Assembly: GCA_963834685.1 (NCBI GenBank)
Contig: CAWICW010000040.1
Span: forward strand, 10,124 to 34,123
Origin: an uncultured Actinomycetes bacterium
GTDB taxonomy: Bacteria; Actinomycetota; Actinomycetes; Streptosporangiales; Streptosporangiaceae
Reading direction: 5' to 3'
DNA: 24,000 nucleotides
Made by a program: the position numbers and the translations under genes. Under the pieces are notes generated by a model, which did no database searches, was not told where the DNA came from, and saw only the letters and a list, made by a program, of their open reading frames with translations. Position 1 is the first letter of the stretch; each line of letters opens with the position of its first letter. Below are positions 7,848 to 16,483 of this stretch, piece by piece.

Positions 7848-8279
7848 CAGCGGGTACTGGTAGCGGATGAACCCGCTGAACCGGGCCACCTTGTCGTACA
7901 AGGCGCGGGCCCGCGCGTTGTCCTCCTGGGTGTGCCAGTAGTACCGGGTCGCGCCGTGATCGCGCGCCGCCCGGGCCACCCCCTCGAGCAGGGCGCGCGC
8001 CGCGCCGCGGCCGCGGACCTCCTCGTCCACGAACAGGTCCTGGAGGTAACACGCCTCTCCGCCCCAGAACGCGGGATGGAAGAAATAGTGCGCGATGCCG
8101 ATCAGCCGCCCGTCGAGGCGGGCACCGAGTCCATGCAGTTCGGTCCCGTGCCGCAGCCGCCGCCAGGTCACCTCGTAGGCCTCATCCGGGATCCAGTCCC
8201 GGTAAAACGCCTTGTAACCGCGGGCCAGCCCTTCCCAGGCGGACCGGTCGCCGGCCTGCAGCGGGCCGACCTCGATCAT
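7638..8279 (-). CDS. GNAT-family N-acetyltransferase (the ORF has a roughly 70-aa non-homologous tail antisense to the TetR gene)
   Basis: It carries the acetyl-CoA motif VDEEVRGRGAARALLEGVARAARDHG. ATG at 8279 follows GAGGAA. The recognisable GNAT fold ends near FIRYQYPL (about 7850), but no stop occurs until 7638. Confidence 0.8.
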   Translation of the reverse strand: MIEVGPLQAGDRSAWEGLARGYKAFYRDWIPDEAYEVTWRRLRHGTELHGLGARLDGRLIGIAHYFFHPAFWGGEACYLQDLFVDEEVRGRGAARALLEGVARAARDHGATRYYWHTQEDNARARALYDKVARFSGFIRYQYPLLRTSRVPSVPLGHGPDPGDEQLDAEPVVQVRVAAGHRRGAFDQPRVPGDRQHGEGDLGASLMLGALVLR

Positions 8280-8362
8280 GGTTTCCTCACCCGGCCAGCC
8301 TGACACACGCCAGGGTCCTCCTCGGCGGGACGCGCATCACGTCCGATCACCGGCAGGGTGAA

Positions 8363-8410
8363 CCACGGACCGTTCGGTCAAAATTAATCAATGATCCGAA
8401 CGGGCCGTGG
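8363..8410. terminator. 15-bp-stem hairpin (CCACGGACCGTTCGG / CCGAACGGGCCGTGG, 14/15 paired) with an 18-nt AT-rich loop, 2 nt downstream of the cbbX stop
   Basis: Read directly. The loop TCAAAATTAATCAATGAT is strikingly AT-rich for this window. The position fits an operon-end terminator for cbbLSX. Confidence 0.6.
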
Positions 8411-8412
8411 TG

Positions 8413-9408
8413 CTACGGGCCTGTGCCGAACACCCTGCTGACCCGGATGTCGTCGGGCTCGAGGCGGATGAGGTCATCCCTGCCGACCAGGGCGCCCGCG
8501 GCGACCAGGCGGCTGGCCTGGCGCAGCCGCATCCGGTCGATGGCGTTGCGGACGCTGCGGGCGTTGGCGAACCGGGGCTGGGCCATGCGCCGCGCCATGT
8601 ACTCGCGGAAGGCCTGGCGGGCCGCGGGCGAGAACCGGTGGCTCTCCTGGGCCACCATGAGGTCGGCGATGCGGACCAGCTCGTCCAGGGTGAAGTCGGG
8701 GAAGTCGATGTGGTGCGCGATGCGGGAGGCCATCCCGGGGTTGGAGGTGAAGAACGAATCCATCCGGTCCCGGTAGCCGGCCAGGATGACCACCAGGTCG
8801 TCGCGCTGGGCCTCCATGACCTGCAGCAGGATCTCGATCGCCTCCTGGCCGTAGTCGCGCTCGCTGTCGGCCCGGTACAGGTAGTAGGCCTCGTCGATGA
8901 GCAGCACCCCGCCCATGGCCCGCTTGAGCACCGCCTTGGTCTTCGGCGCGGTGTGCCCGACGTACTCTCCGACCAGGTCGTCACGGGTGACGCTGACCAG
9001 GTGGCCCTGGCGCAGGTAGCCCAGGTGATTGAGGATCTCGGCCATGCGCAGCGCGACCGTGGTCTTGCCCGTGCCGGGGCTGCCGGTGAAGCACATGTGC
9101 AGCGTGGGGCGGGACGCCTTGAGGCCGAAGCGGGCGCGGAGCTGGTCGACGAGGAGCAGCGCGGCGATCTCGCGGACCCGGGTCTTGACCGGGGCGATGC
9201 CGACGAGTTCGGCGTCGAGCTGGCCGAGGAGGCCGGCGATGGCCAGCTGCTTCTGCCAGGCGCCGAGGTCGACCAGGGCGTCGTCGGCGAGGGGTTCGTC
9301 CCGTTCCGGGCCGGGCGCGGCTTCGGGAGCGGGAGCTTGGGGAGCGGGAGCTTGGGGAGCGGGAGCTTCGCGGCCGGGGGCGGGCATGGCGAAGCCTGGC
9401 GCGGTCAT
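8413..9408 (-). CDS. cbbX: CbbX, AAA+ RuBisCO activase (red-type)
   Basis: It aligns closely with CbbX as I remember it: Walker [21 protein letters not shown], then [70 protein letters not shown] and [12 protein letters not shown]. The ATG at 9408 overlaps the cbbS stop (ATGA). The 427-aa track ORF over-extends into cbbS. Confidence 0.93.
   Translation of the reverse strand: MTAPGFAMPAPGREAPAPQAPAPQAPAPEAAPGPERDEPLADDALVDLGAWQKQLAIAGLLGQLDAELVGIAPVKTRVREIAALLLVDQLRARFGLKASRPTLHMCFTGSPGTGKTTVALRMAEILNHLGYLRQGHLVSVTRDDLVGEYVGHTAPKTKAVLKRAMGGVLLIDEAYYLYRADSERDYGQEAIEILLQVMEAQRDDLVVILAGYRDRMDSFFTSNPGMASRIAHHIDFPDFTLDELVRIADLMVAQESHRFSPAARQAFREYMARRMAQPRFANARSVRNAIDRMRLRQASRLVAAGALVGRDDLIRLEPDDIRVSRVFGTGP
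9321..9369. repeat. 15-bp tandem repeat (cttggggagcgggag, about 3.3 copies) inside the 5' end of cbbX, encoding [16 protein letters not shown]
   Basis: Read directly. It keeps the reading frame (15 = 5 codons) and lies in an N-terminal extension ahead of the conserved CbbX core. Confidence 0.85.
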
Positions 9409-9836
9409 CCGCGGGGCTCTCCGTAACGCTGGCCGTGGGGCTGGCGGGCGGCGTAGGGGGACAGGGTGTAGCGGATGTGCCGGTCGCTGGCCTCCTGCCG
9501 CTCCAGCCGGAAGCCCGGCTCGTCCGGCGGGCGGTGCACGATGAAGCTCAGCGCCGTGGTCTGCCGGCCGTAGCTCGAGTCGTAGGCCGAGACCCGCACG
9601 TAGCGGTGCGGATAGGTGGCGCGGCAGGCGCGGATCTCGGCCAGCCCGGCCGAGGCGTCGGCGATGTCGAACATCGGCAGCCCCCACATCTCCCACAGGT
9701 TGTTACGGGGATGCGGGTCGTCGGTGAACTCGACCGCGACGGCCCAGCCCGCTTCGATGGCGTACTGGAGCTGGGCGGCGATCTCCTCGTCGGTCAGGTC
9801 GGGCAGGTAGGAGAAGGTGCCCTGGGTAATGCGCAC
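9405..9836 (-). CDS. cbbS: RuBisCO small subunit, red-type form I
   Basis: [57 protein letters not shown] matches red-type (IC/IE-like) CbbS. GTG start at 9836 with AGGGAG 6 nt upstream. It begins 16 nt after the cbbL stop. Confidence 0.93.
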   Translation of the reverse strand: MRITQGTFSYLPDLTDEEIAAQLQYAIEAGWAVAVEFTDDPHPRNNLWEMWGLPMFDIADASAGLAEIRACRATYPHRYVRVSAYDSSYGRQTTALSFIVHRPPDEPGFRLERQEASDRHIRYTLSPYAARQPHGQRYGEPRG

Positions 9837-9852
9837 GGCTGGCTCCCTGTGG

Positions 9853-11346
<1,494 letters not shown>

Positions 11347-11386
11347 CTATTGACTATTCCGGGGAGACCCTTAAGGAAAAGGTTGA

Positions 11387-12607
11387 TTATCGCGGGCTCT
11401 GGGTGGCCGGGAAACGCAGGCGCAGGAGGGCACCCTGGCCGGGGTAGCTCTTCACTTCGAGCGTGCCGCCCAGGAGTTCGGCGCGCTCGCGCATGCCGGG
11501 CAGGCCGTAGCCGGCCGGGCCGGTGCAGGTTGCGGGGCTGGTGAGGCTGGCCGGGCCGGCCGGGCTGGCGGGGGTGAAGCCCTTGCCGTCGTCCTCGATC
11601 TCGAGGGTGATCGTGTCGCCGTTGGTCAGCAGGCGCAGCCGGGCGGTACGGGCCTCGGCGTGCTTGACCACGTTCTGCAGCGCCTCCTGGGCGATGCGGT
11701 ATACGGCGGTGGCCACGTGGAGCGGCAGCTCGCAGGGGCGGGCCTCGGCGTGCACCTCGAGCTGCGGGATGGACCGGGCCAGGCTCTCCAGACTGGCGGC
11801 CAGCCCCAGGTCGTCGAGCACCGGCGGGTGCAGCCCGGCGATCGCGAACCGCGTCTCGTCCAGGGCCGCCTCGGCCAGCAGCTGGGCCTCGGCGATCTCC
11901 CGGGCGGCCACGTCCGGCGCGGTGGCCACCGCGTCCGCGGCCGCGGACAGGTGGAAGGACAGGCTCACCACCCGCTGGCTGATGCCGTCGTGGATCTCGC
12001 CGGCGAGCCGGCGGCGCTCGGTCTCCTGGGCCAGGACGATACGTTCGGCGAAGCGCTCCATGGCCTCCTCGCGCTGGGCCAGCATGCGGTGCAGCCGCGC
12101 GTTCTCGATGCCTCCGGCCATCAGGCCGGCCATCCAGCCGAGCAGCCGCACATCCGCATCGGTGAACTCGCGGCGCTGGCGCGTGTGCACGTTGAGCACA
12201 CCGACCAGGTGGTGCGGCTTGCCGAGGATCGGCACCGAGGCCATGGAGGTGAGATCCTCGCGACCCAGCGCGGGGATGTGCTTGTACCGCTGGTCGGCGT
12301 ACTTGTCGTGGGTTATGACGGCCGACCGGCCGTGCGCGGCGACCCAGCCCGACACGCCCTCGCCCATCTTGAGCTCGACCTGTCCGGCCATCTGGTGGAA
12401 CGGGGGGGTGGCGCCGCGCAGCACCAGCCGCTCGCCCGCTTCGTCGAGCAGGTACACGAAGCACACGTCGGTCTGCGTAGTCTCGGTGATCAGCGCGGCG
12501 ATGCCCTGCAGGATCTCCTCGAGGTCAAGGCCGGCCGATATCGTCTCGACGATCCGGGCCAGCAGGCGCGCCTCCCGCACCGGGTCGTCGAGGCCGAGCT
12601 GGGTCAA
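11387..12607 (-). CDS. Soluble GAF-domain sensor histidine kinase (GAF + HisKA_3 + HATPase_c, NarL-partner type)
   Basis: GAF-like N-terminus: DLEEILQGIAALITETTQTDVCFVYLLDEAGERLVLRG...GEGVSGWVAAHGRSAVI...LVGVLNVHT. H-box RRRLAGEIHDGISQ, N-box NVVKHAEA, G-boxes DDGKGF and GYGLPGMRERAELLGGTLEV. No hydrophobic TM span. The proposed TTG start at 12607 overlaps the regulator stop (TTGA), with an alternative GTG at 12580. The 555-aa track ORF over-extends. Confidence 0.85.
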   Translation of the reverse strand: MTQLGLDDPVREARLLARIVETISAGLDLEEILQGIAALITETTQTDVCFVYLLDEAGERLVLRGATPPFHQMAGQVELKMGEGVSGWVAAHGRSAVITHDKYADQRYKHIPALGREDLTSMASVPILGKPHHLVGVLNVHTRQRREFTDADVRLLGWMAGLMAGGIENARLHRMLAQREEAMERFAERIVLAQETERRRLAGEIHDGISQRVVSLSFHLSAAADAVATAPDVAAREIAEAQLLAEAALDETRFAIAGLHPPVLDDLGLAASLESLARSIPQLEVHAEARPCELPLHVATAVYRIAQEALQNVVKHAEARTARLRLLTNGDTITLEIEDDGKGFTPASPAGPASLTSPATCTGPAGYGLPGMRERAELLGGTLEVKSYPGQGALLRLRFPATQSPR

Positions 12608-13263
12608 TGGAAGATCCCCTCGCGCAGCGCCGCGGCGACCGCGCCGGCCCGGTCGGAAACGTCGAGCTTGCGGTAGATCCCGCGGACGTGGGTCTTGATC
12701 GTCTCCGCGCTCAGCGTGAGCTGGCCGGCGATGGCGCGATTCGACCGGCCGGAGACGATCAGGGCCAGCACCTCGCTCTCCCGCTGGGTCAGCCCGAGAT
12801 GCGCGCCCGGCCAGAACTCCCCGCTCTGCAGGCGGGCCGCGGACTGGGCCACCCGGGCGGCCAGGGCCGGGTCCACCAGCGTCTCGCCCTGGTGGATGCG
12901 GGTCAGGTACTCGACCAGCTCCATGCCCCGGACCCGCTTGAGCAGGAACCCCGACGCCCCGAGCCGGAGCGCCTGGTACAGGTACTGCTCGTCGTCGTAC
13001 ACGGTCAGGAAGACCACCTTGCACTCCGGGCGCCGCCGCAGGATCGCCGAGCACAGGTCCAGGCCGCTGTGGCCGTGCAGCCGGACGTCCAGCAGCACCA
13101 TGTCGGGCTCGACGTCGGCGACCAGCGCGATCGCGTCCTCTGGCTCGCAGGCCTCCCCCACGATCTGCACGTTGCCCTGGTAGGAGGACAGCATCGCGCG
13201 CAGCCCGTCAAGCACCATCTGGTGGTCATCGACGATCACCAAGCGTGGCGGTGACCTGTTCAT
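12604..13263 (-). CDS. NarL/LuxR-family two-component response regulator
   Basis: Receiver domain: LVIVDDHQMVLDGL, DMVLLDVRLHGHSG and VVFLTVYDD. The C-terminal LuxR HTH is LTQRESEVLALIVSGRSNRAIAGQLTLSAETIKTHVRGIYRKLDV. ATG at 13263 (the track start at 13359 is a GTG with a junk-looking extension). Confidence 0.9.
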   Translation of the reverse strand: MNRSPPRLVIVDDHQMVLDGLRAMLSSYQGNVQIVGEACEPEDAIALVADVEPDMVLLDVRLHGHSGLDLCSAILRRRPECKVVFLTVYDDEQYLYQALRLGASGFLLKRVRGMELVEYLTRIHQGETLVDPALAARVAQSAARLQSGEFWPGAHLGLTQRESEVLALIVSGRSNRAIAGQLTLSAETIKTHVRGIYRKLDVSDRAGAVAAALREGIFH

Positions 13264-13264
13264 G

Positions 13265-13329
13265 CCCGAAAGCGTACGTTCCCGGCCCCGGTTTCGGGAT
13301 CCCCCATCGTTCTCCCCCGGGCGGGGGAG
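13265..13329. promoter_or_regulatory. Palindromes in the divergent response-regulator / prk control region
   Basis: CCCGAAA-N20-TTTCGGG (13265-13298) abuts the regulator ATG. CTCCCCC-GGGC-GGGGGAG (13312-13329) is a 7-bp-arm palindrome. Both were read directly, and their function is inferred only from position. Confidence 0.35.
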
Positions 13330-13395
13330 GCACGCCGCCCCGCTAGTGCGTAGTTTCACAAGCAGGGAGTCCCGGACCTAGGGAGCGAGCGGCAG

Positions 13396-14328
13396 GTGCC
13401 CGAGAAGATGATGCGCATGCACCGCGCCCGCGGGCCGCGCCCGACGATGCTGGCCATCGCCGGGGACAGCGCCGCGGGCAAGACCACGCTGGCCCGCGGC
13501 ATCGTCCAGGCCCTGGGCGCCGAGCGCAGCACGTCGCTGTGCGTGGACGACTACCACCGGTACGACCGGGCCGAGCGCACCGGGCTGCCGTTCACCGCGC
13601 TGCATCCGGACTGCAACTACATGCAGATCATGGAACAGCACCTGCAGCTGCTGGCCATGGGCGAGCCGGTGCTCAAGCCGGTGTACGACCACTCGACCGG
13701 GCTGCTGGCCCGGCCGCGGCTGGTCGAGCCGCGGGAGGTGGTCATCGCCGAGGGGCTGCTGCCGCTGCACACCAGGCTGTCACGCGCCTGTTTCGACGTC
13801 ACCGTGTACGTGGATCCCGGCGAGCAGATCCGGCGGGAGTGGAAGGTGCGCCGCGACACCGCCGACCGCGGCTACACCCGGCAGCAGGTCATGGCCGAGC
13901 TCGCGCGGCGGGAACCGGAGTCCGAATCGTTTATCCGGCGTCAGCGGCGCGAGGCCGACATCACGGTCAGCTTCGGCCCGATCGACGGGCGGGAGGACCC
14001 GCCGAGGACGCCGCTGTCGGTCACGCTGCTGCTCCGGCCGACCATCCGGCACCCCAACTTCGCCAAGCTGATCGCCGAGGTGCCGCAGTCGGTGGCCCAC
14101 CTCAAGCTGATGCGGGACGCGGACGGGAGCCCGGTAGACGCGCTGCACATCCACGGGTACGCGCCGGAGGCCGAGGCCGAGGTGCTGGCCAAGGCGATCT
14201 GGTCCAGCCTCGGGGTGGACCAGGCGCTGCCGGACTGCCTGGGTCTGGTCGCGGGCGGGGTGCGGAGCGAGCCGTTGCGGCTGGCGCAGCTGCTGCTGCT
14301 GTACCACATCGTGCAGGACATCGCCTGA
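13396..14328 (+). CDS. prk: Phosphoribulokinase (cyanobacterial/plant-like PRK/uridine-kinase fold)
   Basis: P-loop IAGDSAAGKTTL, then CVDDYHRYDR, TALHP, KPVYDHSTGL, VIAEGLLPLH and WKVRRDTADRGYT follow the order I remember from Synechococcus-type PRK. The start is uncertain (GTG 13396, or ATG 13408/13411/13417). Confidence 0.85.
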   Translation: MPEKMMRMHRARGPRPTMLAIAGDSAAGKTTLARGIVQALGAERSTSLCVDDYHRYDRAERTGLPFTALHPDCNYMQIMEQHLQLLAMGEPVLKPVYDHSTGLLARPRLVEPREVVIAEGLLPLHTRLSRACFDVTVYVDPGEQIRREWKVRRDTADRGYTRQQVMAELARREPESESFIRRQRREADITVSFGPIDGREDPPRTPLSVTLLLRPTIRHPNFAKLIAEVPQSVAHLKLMRDADGSPVDALHIHGYAPEAEAEVLAKAIWSSLGVDQALPDCLGLVAGGVRSEPLRLAQLLLLYHIVQDIA

Positions 14329-14330
14329 GC

Positions 14331-15212
14331 ATGGTCACGCTGACCCAGCTGCACACGTTCCTGGCGGTGGCCGAGACCGGGTCGGTACGGGCGGCCGCTG
14401 AGCGGCTGGTGGTGACCGAGTCGGCGGTGTCGTCCTGCGTCACGGCGCTGCAGAAGGACCTCGAGCTGGCCCTGGTGGCCAAGAACGGCCGCGGGCTGCG
14501 GCTGACCGATGCCGGCCAGGTGTACGCCGGGTACGCCCGGGGCGTGCTGGGGCTGCTGGACGAGGGGCGTTCGGCGGCCGCGGGTGAGGCCGGCGGGGGG
14601 GTGCTCCGGGTGGCCGCCGTGACCACGGCCGGGGAGCAGCTGCTGCCCGGGCTGCTGGCCGGGTTCCGCCGCCGGTACCCGCGGATCGGCATCCACCTGG
14701 AGGTGGGCAACCGGGAGCGGACGCTGCGGCTGGCTGACGACCATCACGTCGACCTGGTGCTCGGCGGCCGGCCGCCGCAGGGTCCGGGATGGCCGCGGAT
14801 GATGGCGCACGCCGTCCGGCCGAACGAGCTGGTGGTGGTGGGGCCTGTGGGGTTGGCTCCGCCCTCCGCCGCAGACCTGGCGGCTCAGACCTGGCTGTTG
14901 CGCGAGCCGGGCTCGGGGACGCGCGCGACGACCGAGGCGTACCTGGAGGAACTGCAGATCGCGCCGGGCACGCTCACGGTCGGCTCCAACGTGGCCGTCT
15001 GCGAGTCCGTCGCCGTGGGTCTGGGAGTGACCCTGATCTCACGCGACGCGGTGGCGCGCGACATCGGCCGGGGCGTGCTGGCTGAGCTGCCCGCGCCCGG
15101 CACGCCGCTGCGGCGGGACTGGTGCCTGGTCTCCCGGGAGGGCCACCTGCCCGCGCCGAGCCGGCTGTTCGTCCGGCACGTCCGGCGGGCCGCGGGGTGG
15201 ACGGCGGCCTAG
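14331..15212 (+). CDS. LysR-family transcriptional regulator (CbbR-like by context)
   Basis: N-terminal wHTH: MVTLTQLHTFLAVAETGSVRAAAERLVVTESAVSSCVTALQKDLELALV. It has a LysR substrate-binding-type C-terminus. The ATG is 2 nt after the prk stop. The 557-aa track ORF is this gene plus an out-of-frame run over prk. Confidence 0.88.
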   Translation: MVTLTQLHTFLAVAETGSVRAAAERLVVTESAVSSCVTALQKDLELALVAKNGRGLRLTDAGQVYAGYARGVLGLLDEGRSAAAGEAGGGVLRVAAVTTAGEQLLPGLLAGFRRRYPRIGIHLEVGNRERTLRLADDHHVDLVLGGRPPQGPGWPRMMAHAVRPNELVVVGPVGLAPPSAADLAAQTWLLREPGSGTRATTEAYLEELQIAPGTLTVGSNVAVCESVAVGLGVTLISRDAVARDIGRGVLAELPAPGTPLRRDWCLVSREGHLPAPSRLFVRHVRRAAGWTAA

Positions 15213-15214
15213 TC

Positions 15215-15238
15215 CCGGGTGTTGCTGCCTTCACCCGG
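15215..15238 (+). terminator. Hairpin CCGGGTG-N10-CACCCGG, 2 nt after the LysR stop
   Basis: 7-bp GC-rich stem read directly. There is no clear U-tract. Confidence 0.4.
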
Positions 15239-15320
15239 CGGCTCCACTGGCGGGGGGAAGCGGGCCGGGGCGGCCGGAGTCAGGCTCGTGGTCACGCGCT
15301 CTTCGGAAGGGGCTAAAGAC

Positions 15321-15458
15321 ATGAACGGACCCAGCCTGGCTCCCATCCTCGTCCCGGTCACCGGGACGCTGCTGCTCATCGTGTGGCTGATCCTGGTCTT
15401 CCGGGCCGGCCGCCACGCCGACCGGCCCAGCGTCCGGTCCGGGACCGACCCGCGGTGA
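15321..15458 (+). CDS. Small (45 aa) single-pass membrane protein, function unknown, translationally coupled to the aldolase gene
   Basis: The ATG at 15321 has AAGGGG 8 nt upstream. The sequence MNGPSLAPILVPVTGTLLLIVWLILVFRAGRHADRPSVRSGTDPR has one TM helix and a basic tail. About 43 of 45 codons end in G/C, a GC3 bias like that of the real genes here. Its TGA overlaps the aldolase GTG (GTGA at 15455-15458). Confidence 0.5.
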   Translation: MNGPSLAPILVPVTGTLLLIVWLILVFRAGRHADRPSVRSGTDPR

Positions 15459-16483
15459 CCGCCATCGCGCTGACCGCGGCCGACCTGGTGCTGGCCGGCC
15501 GGGGCATCCTGGCCGCGGACGAGAGCGTGCCGACCATGGACGCCCGGCTGCGGCGGGCCGGGGCCTTGCCGGAAGCGGAGGCCCGGCGGGCGTACCGGGA
15601 GATGCTGGTCACCACGCCGGGCCTGAGCCTGGGGATCAGCGGCGTCATCTTGTGCGACGAGACGTTCCGGGCGCGGATGAGCGACGGGCGTTCGTTCCCC
15701 GAGGCGCTGGCCGACCGGGGACTGCTGCCCGGGATCAAGGTCGACACCGGGGCGCGGCCGCTGGCCGGCGCGCCCGGCGAGACCGTCACCGAAGGGCTGG
15801 ACGGGCTGCGGGCCAGGCTGGCGGAGTACGCGGAGCTCGGGGCCCGGTTCGCCAAGTGGCGGGCCGTGCTCCGGATCGGCGACGGGCGCCCGTCCTGGCG
15901 GGCCCTGCAGGCCAACGCGTACACCCTGGCCCGGTACGCGCGGCTCTGCCAGGAGGCGGGGCTGGTGCCCGTGGTCGAGCCCGAGGTGCTCATGGAGGGC
16001 ACCCACGGCTCGGGCCGCTGCCGGGAAGTGACCTCGGCCGTGCTCATGGTCACGGTTACCGAGCTGCTGGACATGGGGGTGGCCCTGGACGGCGTCGTGC
16101 TCAAGCCGAACATGGTGGTGCCGGGCGCGGACTGCCCGGAGCTGGCCTCCCCGGAGACGGTCGCGCAGCAGACCCTGGCCGCGCTGTGGTGCGTGGTGCC
16201 CGGGGAGATGGCCGGGGTGGCGTTCCTGTCCGGCGGGCAGAGCCCGGCCCGGGCGACCGCGAACCTGGCTGCGGTCCGGCGGCTCGGCGCGCCCTGGCCG
16301 GTGACCTTCTCCTTCGGCCGGGCCCTGGTCGACCCGGCGCTAGCCGCCTGGCACGGCGACCCGGCCCGCGTGGCCGCCGGCCAGCGGGCCCTGGCCAACC
16401 GGGTGGCCTGCAACGTCGCGGCGCTGCACGGCAGCTACACATCGGTGCTGGAGCCCAGCTACATGCTGGCCGGGTGCCCGTAA
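15455..16483 (+). CDS. Class I (Schiff-base) fructose-1,6-bisphosphate aldolase
   Basis: Motifs: GILAADES, LLPGIKVDTG, FAKWRAVL, VVEPEVL, VLKPNMVVPG (catalytic Lys region), VAFLSGGQS and FSFGRAL. I prefer the GTG at 15455 (342 aa), because the track start at 15383 adds a junk-like PGRPPRRP leader. Confidence 0.9.
   Translation: MTAIALTAADLVLAGRGILAADESVPTMDARLRRAGALPEAEARRAYREMLVTTPGLSLGISGVILCDETFRARMSDGRSFPEALADRGLLPGIKVDTGARPLAGAPGETVTEGLDGLRARLAEYAELGARFAKWRAVLRIGDGRPSWRALQANAYTLARYARLCQEAGLVPVVEPEVLMEGTHGSGRCREVTSAVLMVTVTELLDMGVALDGVVLKPNMVVPGADCPELASPETVAQQTLAALWCVVPGEMAGVAFLSGGQSPARATANLAAVRRLGAPWPVTFSFGRALVDPALAAWHGDPARVAAGQRALANRVACNVAALHGSYTSVLEPSYMLAGCP

Noticed and set aside
9409-9696. 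N-terminal 96 aa of the 427-aa track ORF for cbbX
   Set aside because: This part is an alternate-frame read across cbbS and its sequence is junk-like. The ATG at 9408 overlaps the cbbS stop in ATGA and gives a CbbX of normal length.
12608-13054. N-terminal roughly 150 aa of the 555-aa track ORF for the histidine kinase
   Set aside because: It is an out-of-frame translation over the response-regulator gene (PGRDAGGPGPGRPGG-type junk). The kinase homology begins at LTQLGLDDPV, at the TTGA junction.
13539-14330. The 557-aa ORF suggesting a large fusion protein ending in the LysR domain
   Set aside because: The first 264 aa are an alternate frame of prk and look like junk. The LysR wHTH starts at the ATG at 14331.
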